Of a stretch of DNA of 64,000 bases, positions 39,026-47,982 are shown in pieces. The stretch is taken from positions 1 to 64,000 of the forward strand of contig JBMFRX010000005.1 of NCBI GenBank assembly GCA_049967855.1, read 5' to 3'. The stretch comes from Caldisericaceae bacterium (GTDB lineage Bacteria; Caldisericota; Caldisericia; Caldisericales; Caldisericaceae). A program made the position numbers and the translations under genes. Positions within the stretch are counted from its first letter, which is position 1; every line of letters starts with the position of its first letter. Below the pieces are notes generated by a model. It was not told the origin of the DNA. It did not search any database and saw only the letters and a program-made list of their open reading frames with translations.

Positions 39026-41251
39026 ATGGAGCAAAGTGTGAGTAATAGAATTCTTATTTTCTTTGACTTGGAAACCACTGGCCTTGATGCAGATTCCGAC
39101 GATGTTATAGAAATCGGAGCCATAAAGACAAGTGACGGCGAAGTTATCGAGAAATTTCACAGTTTGGTTAAGCCTCGAAAGGGTTTAACTAAATTTATAA
39201 CAAACCTTACGGGAATTACAGAAGAAGACCTTAAAGATGCTAAAGAAGCCGAGCAGATAAAAGAATCCATCAGTAATTTCATAAACAATTACCCGTTAAT
39301 AGCTCATAACGCTTCTTTCGACAAAATGTTTCTTGAGAAACTTCTTTCAAGGCCGTTGCAAAACCCTGTATTTGATACGCTGGAGCTTGCGAGAATATTT
39401 TTCCCTGATATGGCGTCTCACAGTCTTCAGAACCTGGTGCGACAACTTTCTATAAAAGACGCAGGGCCGCACCGAGCGCTTGGTGATACAGAAATGCTGC
39501 TGGATTTGTACAGGAAAATTGTTGCCGAAAAGGAAAATTTCCCTGCAAAATTGCTCAAGGTGATAAGAGAAACCGTCATAGATACAGACTATAGTGAGCT
39601 CTTTGGGGATGATTGGGATTTCTCAAATAATGATGAAGATTTTACGTTATTTGGAACATATACTGCGCCAGAACTTGTTTTGCCTTTTAATGAGAGCAGC
39701 GAACACTCACAGTTTGAAAGCGGAGTTTTTTACATTGAGTCTGACTCAAGCAAAAATGCAATTGATGAAGCTTACAAGATAGCAAAGTCTGGCAGGAAGG
39801 TTGTAATCTCTTTTTACTCGACTGATGAAATTGACTATGCAGCTCAAAAGTTCAAAGCACAAGGTTTTGATGTAGAAAAAATAGTGCAAATCGAAGGTAT
39901 GCTGTGTCCGAAGAAGATACAATTCTTTATGGAACACAGGGAGTATATTCCTCGAGCATTCAGGTCGCATTTTGCAATCCTTGTTTCTTATCTTTACAAA
40001 ACGAAGAATCTTGTCGTTACCGATGCCCCAACTCATATATTGAAAAATCCTTTGGTAAAAGTGTTTTCAAGCTGTGACGAACCATTAGAAAAGTGCGAGT
40101 TTGAAAATCAGTGTCCTTTTTTCAACAAACGTGAGAGACTTTCCCAGGCGCAGGTTGTTTTGACCAGCCACCAATTCATTGTAAAAGATTCGTTTTTCAA
40201 CAGCGTGTTTGCCTCGAGTAGTCTTATAGTAGTTGATGCTTTCAGATTGCCAAAGATTGTTTATAACGCAAGGATAAGCTATTCATTGGAGGAATTGGAG
40301 ATGATTTTGAAGTACTACGGGGGTAAGAGTGACTCAGAACAGCTTCTTAGAATAGTTTTTGAGAGAATCGAGAATACTGAATCTAAGGATTTTTCAAAAG
40401 AAATTGAAGCGCTCAGAACGATATTCAGTGGTATAAAGAACGAGCCCTTGAGGAATTTTTTTATAAGAGATAGTTATTACATTGACAGAAGAGGAAGTAG
40501 GACAAGCATAGTAGCCTCTAATGAGCGGCCAGAAAATCTGTTCAGAAAAGTGAATTCGACTTACAGTTCTATCCTATTTTTTTCTCCAAAGAATACAATC
40601 GAAGAAGTAAATATCATTGAGGAATTTACAGGACTTGATGGTAAGCTGCTTACCATAGGCGTTCCCAATGAGCATAAAAACGTGATTTCAATAGTGCCGC
40701 TCTACCTATCTCCCTCTTACAACGGTTCCTTTATGGGTGAGTTCGTTGACTTTTTCTCGAAGGTTCACAGGGAAGGGTACAGTTCGGCAATAATTTTCAA
40801 CCAGCAAACGCTTCTCAAAGAAGTTTATTTCGAAATGAAAAACAGAGGAGTCGACCCAAAAGCAATCGGAATTGACCTTGCCCAAGGAAGTTCAAAAATA
40901 GATTTATTTCTATATGACTATCCGTTTCAAAAGGATTATGATGAAGTTTTCTTTGTGAAACTTCCTTCTATACAAAGCGAAAACTATATAAATGAGAGTT
41001 TTGAATATTTTTCCGCGATTATAATAAGAAACGTAGCAGAGACTATTGTGCAGCAATCTGAAAATCCGAAGATATTTTTCTATTTTGACAGCAAGCTGAA
41101 AAGAGAAGACTTCAGAGCAAAATTTGAAGAACTGTTTGTTACGTTCCCACTCTTTTTAGAGAAGGAAGAATCAGTTTTGCGTATGCTTACAACCTGGTCT
41201 GCTCGGCACATCTCAAATAAGAAAGATGGGCCTCCGTTTAAAGAAGAGTAA
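39026..41251 (+). CDS. DEDDh 3'-5' exonuclease fused to a degenerate DinG-like helicase
   Basis: DLETTG, AHNASFD, HRALGD; C-terminal Cys cluster, TSH, KLP and FDS remnants; no Walker A or DEAH motif. Confidence 0.8.
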   Translation: MEQSVSNRILIFFDLETTGLDADSDDVIEIGAIKTSDGEVIEKFHSLVKPRKGLTKFITNLTGITEEDLKDAKEAEQIKESISNFINNYPLIAHNASFDKMFLEKLLSRPLQNPVFDTLELARIFFPDMASHSLQNLVRQLSIKDAGPHRALGDTEMLLDLYRKIVAEKENFPAKLLKVIRETVIDTDYSELFGDDWDFSNNDEDFTLFGTYTAPELVLPFNESSEHSQFESGVFYIESDSSKNAIDEAYKIAKSGRKVVISFYSTDEIDYAAQKFKAQGFDVEKIVQIEGMLCPKKIQFFMEHREYIPRAFRSHFAILVSYLYKTKNLVVTDAPTHILKNPLVKVFSSCDEPLEKCEFENQCPFFNKRERLSQAQVVLTSHQFIVKDSFFNSVFASSSLIVVDAFRLPKIVYNARISYSLEELEMILKYYGGKSDSEQLLRIVFERIENTESKDFSKEIEALRTIFSGIKNEPLRNFFIRDSYYIDRRGSRTSIVASNERPENLFRKVNSTYSSILFFSPKNTIEEVNIIEEFTGLDGKLLTIGVPNEHKNVISIVPLYLSPSYNGSFMGEFVDFFSKVHREGYSSAIIFNQQTLLKEVYFEMKNRGVDPKAIGIDLAQGSSKIDLFLYDYPFQKDYDEVFFVKLPSIQSENYINESFEYFSAIIIRNVAETIVQQSENPKIFFYFDSKLKREDFRAKFEELFVTFPLFLEKEESVLRMLTTWSARHISNKKDGPPFKEE

Positions 41252-41338
41252 AAAGGCTGCGAACTTTTTTGTAAACTGAGAATAAGCATAAAAACAATCT
41301 TACAGGGAACTTGCGGTTGTTTTACTCAATTTTGGCAC

Positions 41339-41366
41339 TTGACAAGAAATCCTAATTCTGTAAACT
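41339..41366 (+). promoter_or_regulatory. promoter TTGACA-N16-TAAACT for rpsU
   Basis: -35 at 41339-41344 and -10 at 41361-41366. Confidence 0.65.
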
Positions 41367-41419
41367 AAGGTATATAAGTTGAAAGGAGGCGAATTTCTGG
41401 CTCCGGCTGGATTGGAACA

Positions 41420-41584
41420 GTGGCAGAGGTACATAAGAGACAAAATGAAACCGTTGAAGACCTTTTGAAAAGGTTTCGCAGAGAGTGCGTTAGAGACGGT
41501 CTTTACACAGAGATAAAGAAGAGAAGATACTACTTACCTCCAAGTGTAAAGAAGAAGTTGAAAGAACCTAACAAGAGAAAGTAA
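41420..41584 (+). CDS. rpsU: 30S ribosomal protein bS21 (missed by the ORF track)
   Basis: GTG start; MAEVHKRQNETVEDLLKRFRRECVRDGLYTEIKKRRYYLPPSVKKKLKEPNKRK (54 aa). Confidence 0.93.
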   Translation: MAEVHKRQNETVEDLLKRFRRECVRDGLYTEIKKRRYYLPPSVKKKLKEPNKRK

Positions 41585-41589
41585 AAACG

Positions 41590-41612
41590 GGCAGGGTAAT
41601 ACCTGCCTTATT
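41590..41612 (+). terminator. hairpin/terminator after rpsU
   Basis: GGCAGG-gtaata-CCTGCC then TTATT. Confidence 0.55.
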
Positions 41613-41635
41613 AGGAATAAGGGAGGGAAACTCAA

Positions 41636-41887
41636 ATGGCTGTAGGTGCAGTTACAAAAAAAGTGTCAGTTTTGATTCTTACCGATGTGTATATTATTAG
41701 AGGCTACATCAATAGTCCAGCAAATATGCGCCTTTCAGATTCAATCAACAAATTCCTGAGAGAAACTCAATTCTTAGCAGTTACTGATGCAGAAATCACC
41801 GTAGTTTCAACAGGTGCCTTGCTTGAAAAGCGCGACTTTGTGCTTGTAAACAAAGACCTGGTAAGGGGACTTTCTCCTAACGAGTAG
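41636..41887 (+). CDS. small hypothetical protein (DUF6812-like)
   Basis: IRGYI...RLSD...FLAVTDA...FVLVNKD; GGGAGG RBS. Confidence 0.7.
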   Translation: MAVGAVTKKVSVLILTDVYIIRGYINSPANMRLSDSINKFLRETQFLAVTDAEITVVSTGALLEKRDFVLVNKDLVRGLSPNE

Positions 41888-43133
41888 TTTTATCGCCGTT
41901 ATTTAATAAGGCTTCCTTCAGGCTGTCTATTGTTGGCTCTATTACAACAGGGCTCTTCACAGCCTTTAGTGCACTGTCAACATCCTTTAGTCCATTTCCT
42001 GTTACAATAACAACAACTTTGCTTTTCTTTGATATCGTTTCGCTTCTTAACGCTTTCAAATATCCCGCAAAACCAGCCGCACCAGCAGGCTCTGCAAAAA
42101 TGCCTTGAACTGTACCAAGTAATTTTATCGCCTCAAGAATTTCATTGTCAGACACCGATACCCCAAATCCCCCCGAATTCTTTATATCTCTCACTGCCAT
42201 CAAGCCATTGCGAGGAACACCCACAGAAATGCTGTCAGCTATGGTTCGAGGATTTTCGATATTATGAATGATTCCATCCCCATTGACAGCCTCAACAATC
42301 GGGCTGCAGCCTTCTGCCTGGACAGCAACAAGCCTTGGCATCTTGCTTATGAAGCCAAGTTTATACAAATCATAAAAGCCTTTGTTTACTCCTGAGATGA
42401 TGCATCCATCACCTACGGAAACAAAAACATAGTCTGGAACATCAAAATCTAATTGCTCGGCAATTTCAAGCGAGACAGTCTTTTTTCCTTCTACCATATA
42501 TGGGTTAAATGAAGTGTTACGGTTGTACCAACCGAAATTCTCAGTTGCTTCAATTGACAAGTCGAAAGCCTCGTCGTAGCTCCCGTTTACTGCGAAAACC
42601 GTTGCTCCAAAGACGAGCAGCTGTGCAAGCTTAGCCTTTGGGGCAGTTTTTGGAACAAAAATATAATTCTTGAGCCCGAGTGAAGCAGATGCCCCAGCAA
42701 GAGAAGAAGCTGCATTTCCAGTTGAAGCACACGTTAGAGTGTCAATGTTCAGTTCCTGCGCCTTAACAACAGCAATAGCTGACGCTCTGTCCTTGAGAGA
42801 AGCTGTTGGATTTCTACCATCGTCTTTTATCCAGAGCGAGCTAACTCCAAGGTATTCTCTTACCCTTTGTGCTGTGTAGAGCGGTGTCCAGCCAACCTGC
42901 AATGGGCCAACAAAATTTTCTTGCTGAACAGGTAAAAGTGGAAGATATCTCCACATTGAATACTCTCTGTTTTCAGAAAGAGTCTTCTTAGTGAAGAATT
43001 GTCTTATCCTGTCGTAATTGTAATTTACCTCAAGGATGCCATTGTTGCCGCAGTGAGGACAGGTATACCTTACCTCATCTGGTTTGTATTCCCTGCCGCA
43101 TACAAGGCACTTCAAAGAGACAATGTTATCCAT
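41877..43133 (-). CDS. threonine synthase-like PLP enzyme (fold type II)
   Basis: N-terminal CLVC/CPHC, NPTASLKDR (PLP Lys), ASTGNAA, VGDG, AEPAG, TGNGLKD. Confidence 0.88.
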   Translation of the reverse strand: MDNIVSLKCLVCGREYKPDEVRYTCPHCGNNGILEVNYNYDRIRQFFTKKTLSENREYSMWRYLPLLPVQQENFVGPLQVGWTPLYTAQRVREYLGVSSLWIKDDGRNPTASLKDRASAIAVVKAQELNIDTLTCASTGNAASSLAGASASLGLKNYIFVPKTAPKAKLAQLLVFGATVFAVNGSYDEAFDLSIEATENFGWYNRNTSFNPYMVEGKKTVSLEIAEQLDFDVPDYVFVSVGDGCIISGVNKGFYDLYKLGFISKMPRLVAVQAEGCSPIVEAVNGDGIIHNIENPRTIADSISVGVPRNGLMAVRDIKNSGGFGVSVSDNEILEAIKLLGTVQGIFAEPAGAAGFAGYLKALRSETISKKSKVVVIVTGNGLKDVDSALKAVKSPVVIEPTIDSLKEALLNNGDKTTR

Positions 43134-44084
43134 TTATTTCTCCTCTCGCGAAAAAGGCAGACCAAGTTCTCTTGGCACACCGAGGTGTTTGAAACGAACA
43201 ATAAGTGTTGATATTATTACAACAATTAAAGTGAGGAAGTAAGGTTGCATTGAAAGTAAAGAAGAAGGAATTGTTGTGCCTGATGCCTGCAGGAGGAATT
43301 GCAACGAATCAATACCACCGAAAAGGTAAGCTCCAAATATAGCTATAATCGGATCCCACATTGCAAATATGACAAGGGCGACTGCAATCCATCCTCTTCC
43401 TGCGGTAATGCCATCAAGCCAGAATGGTGCGTATCCAATTGTTAGATAGGCTCCGCCAGCTCCAGCGAGTAATCCTCCAAAAAATGTCCAGAAATATCTT
43501 GTTGCGTACACATCCACACCCATAGCGTCTGCTGCAACAGCATTTTCGCCTACTGCACGCAAATGTACGCCGACCTTCGTTTTATAAAGAATATACCACA
43601 TTGCAATTGCAAGAACGTATGAAAAATAGACAATCATATCCTGTTTGAAAAAGATGTTTCCTATTACAGGTATTTTAGAAAGAATCGGAATACTTATTTT
43701 TGAGAAACCGTTCTTCAGCTGAAGGTTGACGAATTTCTGTCCGTAGAAATTTGTAATTCCAAGACCAAAAATGGTCAAGGCAAGGCCGCTAACAACCTGT
43801 TTGCCCTGTAGCGTGATTGTTATAAATGCGTGTATGAGAGAGGCAAGCCCTCCCGCAAGCATTCCAGCGAGAAAACCAAGGTAAGGATTCTTTGTTAGAT
43901 ATGTTACGATAAAGCCTATAAAAGCTCCAATAATCATCATCCCTTCAATGCCGAGGTTCATAACGCCCGAGCGCTCGGTGAATATCTCGCCAACAGTTGG
44001 GAAAAGTATAATTGTCCCAGAACGAACGGCAGTGTAGAAGAGATTTGTGAGAATAGTCAATAGAGATGGGCTTAACATTTTCAT
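43134..44084 (-). CDS. nucleoside/purine ABC transporter permease
   Basis: ERSGVMNLGIEG, RAVGEN, GRGWIAVA. Confidence 0.92.
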   Translation of the reverse strand: MKMLSPSLLTILTNLFYTAVRSGTIILFPTVGEIFTERSGVMNLGIEGMMIIGAFIGFIVTYLTKNPYLGFLAGMLAGGLASLIHAFITITLQGKQVVSGLALTIFGLGITNFYGQKFVNLQLKNGFSKISIPILSKIPVIGNIFFKQDMIVYFSYVLAIAMWYILYKTKVGVHLRAVGENAVAADAMGVDVYATRYFWTFFGGLLAGAGGAYLTIGYAPFWLDGITAGRGWIAVALVIFAMWDPIIAIFGAYLFGGIDSLQFLLQASGTTIPSSLLSMQPYFLTLIVVIISTLIVRFKHLGVPRELGLPFSREEK

Positions 44085-45151
44085 TGCCTCCTTTTTGTTA
44101 CATAGTGAACTGAATAACGCAGGAAGATTTCGCTGCCGATGAGGGCAAAAAGTATAGCGCTCTCAATCACAGAAACAATACCAAATGGAACCTGCATAGT
44201 TATCTGAATCTGATAACCTCCTGCAGCAAGTGCTCCTAAGAGTAGAGAAACAAAAACTGCCGTGAAGGGCTCAAGGTAAGAAAGCCAGGCAGCTATAATG
44301 GCAGTGTAGCCGTAATCAGGGTTTATTTCGATTTGCATCAGGTGTATAACGCCAGAAACCTGCGCCATCCCTGCAAGCCCAGCGAGGGCACCACTTATTA
44401 GCATTGCTATGATTATGTTTCTCTTAACATTGATTCCTGCGTAGAGAGCAGCATCCTTGCTTCCGCCAATAATCCTCATCTCGTAGCCAAGTCTTGTTTT
44501 CTTGATAATATACCAGATTATTAGGGCAGCAACTATTCCAAATATCAAGCCAAGGTGGACTCTTGAATTTGGGATAATTTTGTAGAGCTGCGCGTTATTC
44601 GGGAACATTTTCGAAAGCGGAAAGCCATGACTTGTTGGGTCTCTCCAAGGACCGTACATAAGGTACTTCAGGAAGTAGAGCGCTACATAGTTGAGGAGCA
44701 GAGTACTTATTACTTCGTTTACATCCCAGTACGCTTTCAACACCGCAGGGATAAAAGCCCAAAAGGCACCACCTATCATTCCAGCAATGACCATTATCAG
44801 AAGAAACAAAGGCTTCGACGTTGAAGGTGGGAGAAAAAGTGCAAAATATGCACTTGCAATAGCTCCTACTATGTACTGGCCATATGCTCCAATGTTCCAG
44901 AAGTTCATCTTGAAAACCAGTATCAAGCCAACGGAGATTAGTATCAATGGAGTCGCAAAGACAAGTGTTTCTGTGAAAGTATATTTACTTCCAAAAGAAC
45001 CTATTATTATTGCCTTGAAAGCTGACAAGGGATTTATTCCTGCAAGTGCTATTGCAATAGCTCCAATAATCAAGCCAATCAAAACTGATATCAAAGGAAT
45101 AAGCACTCTTAATTTAGTGGGAGTGTTTTCTCTTTTCTCAAATTTAAGCAT
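44081..45151 (-). CDS. nucleoside/purine ABC transporter permease
   Basis: WNIGAYGQ, NEVISTLLLNY, GYTAI. Confidence 0.92.
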   Translation of the reverse strand: MLKFEKRENTPTKLRVLIPLISVLIGLIIGAIAIALAGINPLSAFKAIIIGSFGSKYTFTETLVFATPLILISVGLILVFKMNFWNIGAYGQYIVGAIASAYFALFLPPSTSKPLFLLIMVIAGMIGGAFWAFIPAVLKAYWDVNEVISTLLLNYVALYFLKYLMYGPWRDPTSHGFPLSKMFPNNAQLYKIIPNSRVHLGLIFGIVAALIIWYIIKKTRLGYEMRIIGGSKDAALYAGINVKRNIIIAMLISGALAGLAGMAQVSGVIHLMQIEINPDYGYTAIIAAWLSYLEPFTAVFVSLLLGALAAGGYQIQITMQVPFGIVSVIESAILFALIGSEIFLRYSVHYVTKRRQ

Positions 45152-46682
45152 AGGAAGCTCCTTTCGCATTTTCAGTTGACTTTGAACCGCCCATCAGTAA
45201 GCCAATTTCATCAATATTTGCGTTTTTGCCTTCAAATATACCTGTCATTTTTCCGCCGTACATCACACCGATTCTGTCTGATATCATTAGCAGTTCGTCG
45301 AGGTCCTCAGAGATAAGAAGCACTGCCGCGCCATTGTCGCGTGCCTCAAGCAATTTTTTACGTACGAATTCTGTTGAACCTATATCAAGGCCTCGTGTAG
45401 GGTGAACAGCTATCAAGAGGACAGGGTCTTCTTTTATTTCCCTTGCAAGCAGGAGCTTCTGCATATTTCCGCCTGAAAGCAGCTTTACAGGAGCATCTAT
45501 TCTGGGGACGACGATGTTGAACTCTTCAACGAGTCTGTTTGTGTATTCCTGGGCTTGTCTGAAGTCTATCAGGCCTTTTGTCCCAACTGGCCTCCTCTTG
45601 TAGCAACGGAGTATAGCATTTTCAACAGACGATAAAGTTGGAACAAGGCCAGTCCTTAAACGATCTGCTGGTATGTAGTTTACCTTCAAGGCAATAATTC
45701 TTGAGGGCGAATGGTTTGTAATGTCAGCACCATTTAGAAATAATCTTCCTGAATAAGCTTTTCTCAGCCCGGTAATAACTTCTGCAAGCTCTTCCTGACC
45801 GTTACCTGCCACACCTGCTATGCCGAAAACCTCGCCGCTATTAACCGAGAAACTCAAACCATTGACTGTCTTGATGCCTCTATTGTTATATGATTCAAGT
45901 TTCTCAACTCTCAGAACTTCTTTTCTATTTTCAATTTGCTTTATATCAAATCTGAATAGCACTTCTCGCCCTACCATCATTTGAGCAAGTTCGTGCTCAT
46001 TGGTTTCGCTCCTATTAACGGTACCAACAACCTTACCCTTTTTGAGTACTGTGATCCTGTCTGAAATATTAAGGACTTCCTCAAGCTTGTGGCTTATGAA
46101 AACTATTGATTTTCCGTCTGATCTTATTTTGTTTATTATCGAAAACAATGAATCTATTTCTTTTGGAGTGAGGACAGCCGTTGGTTCATCAAGAATCAAT
46201 ATTTTCGCGCCTCTGTAAAGCATCTTAATTATCTCGGCTCTTTGCTGCTCTCCGACTGATAATTGCCAGATTTTCGAAAAAGGGCTAATTTGCAGATTGT
46301 ATCTTTCGGAGATGTCGGAGATGCTTTTTGCAATTTTTTTGCTATCTACAACAAATCCTTGCCTCTGAAAGCCAAGCACTATATTCTCAGCAACAGTCAA
46401 AGTATCCACAAGCATAAAGTGCTGGTGAATCATACCAATGCCGAGTTTCATAGAATCGACTGGTGAATTGATATCTGCTTTTTTGCCATCAATGTAAATG
46501 TCTCCTTCATTAGGATAATAAAGTCCGTCGAGGACATTCATCAGAGTTGTCTTGCCAGCGCCGTTTTCACCGAGAAGGGTATGAACCTCTCCTTCATATA
46601 GGTCGAAATTAACATGGTCATTTGCTACAACCCCTGGAAAATGCTTTGTTATGTTTTTCGCTTCAAGAACCGTTTTTCTCAT
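45144..46682 (-). CDS. CUT2-type ABC transporter ATPase (two ABC domains)
   Basis: GENGAGKT, LSVGEQQR, DEPTAVL, LSGGNMQK, PTRGLD. Confidence 0.95.
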   Translation of the reverse strand: MRKTVLEAKNITKHFPGVVANDHVNFDLYEGEVHTLLGENGAGKTTLMNVLDGLYYPNEGDIYIDGKKADINSPVDSMKLGIGMIHQHFMLVDTLTVAENIVLGFQRQGFVVDSKKIAKSISDISERYNLQISPFSKIWQLSVGEQQRAEIIKMLYRGAKILILDEPTAVLTPKEIDSLFSIINKIRSDGKSIVFISHKLEEVLNISDRITVLKKGKVVGTVNRSETNEHELAQMMVGREVLFRFDIKQIENRKEVLRVEKLESYNNRGIKTVNGLSFSVNSGEVFGIAGVAGNGQEELAEVITGLRKAYSGRLFLNGADITNHSPSRIIALKVNYIPADRLRTGLVPTLSSVENAILRCYKRRPVGTKGLIDFRQAQEYTNRLVEEFNIVVPRIDAPVKLLSGGNMQKLLLAREIKEDPVLLIAVHPTRGLDIGSTEFVRKKLLEARDNGAAVLLISEDLDELLMISDRIGVMYGGKMTGIFEGKNANIDEIGLLMGGSKSTENAKGASYA

Positions 46683-46713
46683 CTTCTCACCTTAGCCTCT
46701 GTTTATAAAAATA

Positions 46714-46739
46714 TGCCCCGTTGGTTGATTAACGGGGCA
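46714..46739 (-). terminator. stem-loop between the BMP and ATPase genes
   Basis: TGCCCCGTT-loop-AACGGGGCA followed by TATTTTT on the minus strand. Confidence 0.6.
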
Positions 46740-46753
46740 CGATAATTACAAAG

Positions 46754-47860
46754 TTAAGAGCCGCTCTTTGGGATTGTTCCTACTACTCCTTGAACAAACC
46801 ACTGCAAACTGAGCTGGTCTGCGTCTGAAAGCCTTTCGCCAGCTTTGACCATAAGTTTCCCACTCTGGTCGTAGATTGGCCCATCAAATGGGTCATACTT
46901 ACCATCAAGAATATCTTGTTTTCTCTTGTTAACATAGTCCTGGACGTTTGCTGGAACAAAGGAGGCCATTGGAGCTAAGTCGACGATACCGTCTTTCATG
47001 CCACCCCAATATGAATCTGACTTCCACGTACCGTTATGAACTGCCTCAAGCACTTGTTTGTAGTAAACCCCCCAGTGCCAGATACGAGATGTCAAAACAG
47101 CTTTTGGCGCCGCAGAGGACATATCGTTGTCATAGCCTATGCCGTATTTGCCTGCTTTTTCTGCTTCGACAAGAGGTGCTGGGTCGTCAACTCCGCTTGC
47201 AATAATATCAGCACCGCTCGCAAGGAAAGTGTCAGCAGCCTGAGCCTCTTTGGTTGGGTCAAACCATGAGTTGGTGTAAACCACGTGAACTTCTGCTTTT
47301 GGATTTACTTCTCTTACGCCAATGGTGAAGGAGTCGATTTCTCTAATAACCTCAGGCGTAGAGAATGGTGCCACGAAGCCAATATAATTAGACTTTGTCA
47401 TCATTCCTGCGACAAGTCCTGACAAATAATCAGGCTGTTCCATTCTGCCGAAATAATTGCCCATATTTGGCAGGGTTTTGTAGCCTGAACAGTGTTCAAA
47501 GATTACATCAGGATAATCTTTAGCAACATTATATGTAGGATCCATAAAGCCAAAACTTGTTGTAAAGATAACCTTGTACCCCTGGTTAGCATAGTCCCTG
47601 AGGACTTTCTCGCATTCAGAGCCTTCTGGCACGTTCTCAGAATAAGCAGTCTGAACATAAGGAAGCTGCTGCTCGAGATAGAGCCTTCCGTCATCGTGTG
47701 CCTGGGTCCACCCGCCATCATTCTTTGGGCCAACATAAATAAAGGCAACTTTAATCTTTTCCTCAGGTTTAGTAGCTTGCTTTGTACTGCAGCCAGCAAA
47801 AACCGAAGAAATCATTACCACTAAAAGCAACACTGCTAAGACTTTTAGTTTCTTGCTCAT
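46754..47860 (-). CDS. BMP family purine/nucleoside-binding lipoprotein
   Basis: Lipobox FAGC, DGGWTQAHD, TTSFGF, WFDP. Confidence 0.93.
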   Translation of the reverse strand: MSKKLKVLAVLLLVVMISSVFAGCSTKQATKPEEKIKVAFIYVGPKNDGGWTQAHDDGRLYLEQQLPYVQTAYSENVPEGSECEKVLRDYANQGYKVIFTTSFGFMDPTYNVAKDYPDVIFEHCSGYKTLPNMGNYFGRMEQPDYLSGLVAGMMTKSNYIGFVAPFSTPEVIREIDSFTIGVREVNPKAEVHVVYTNSWFDPTKEAQAADTFLASGADIIASGVDDPAPLVEAEKAGKYGIGYDNDMSSAAPKAVLTSRIWHWGVYYKQVLEAVHNGTWKSDSYWGGMKDGIVDLAPMASFVPANVQDYVNKRKQDILDGKYDPFDGPIYDQSGKLMVKAGERLSDADQLSLQWFVQGVVGTIPKSGS

Positions 47861-47926
47861 ACTTACCTCCTATTTAGTTTTTTAAAAGACTGATAGAATT
47901 GCTAACTTAATTTTCAAACACGTTAT

Positions 47927-47954
47927 ATTGTAATATTAATTGCGATTTAGTCAA
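47927..47954 (-). promoter_or_regulatory. promoter TTGACT-N16-TACAAT for the BMP/ABC genes
   Basis: -35 at 47949-47954 and -10 at 47927-47932. Confidence 0.65.
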
Positions 47955-47982
47955 AATGCTTTGGAACGCCTTATTTTTGTTA

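Noticed and set aside
41270..41330. Possible structured RNA upstream of the rpsU promoter (AAAACAATC...GGTTGTTTT)
   Set aside because: A weak AT-rich stem with no recognisable family; it may be a terminator or chance.
47861..47982. Purine riboswitch upstream of the BMP gene
   Set aside because: The leader is about 60 nt, AT-rich, and lacks the purine aptamer core.
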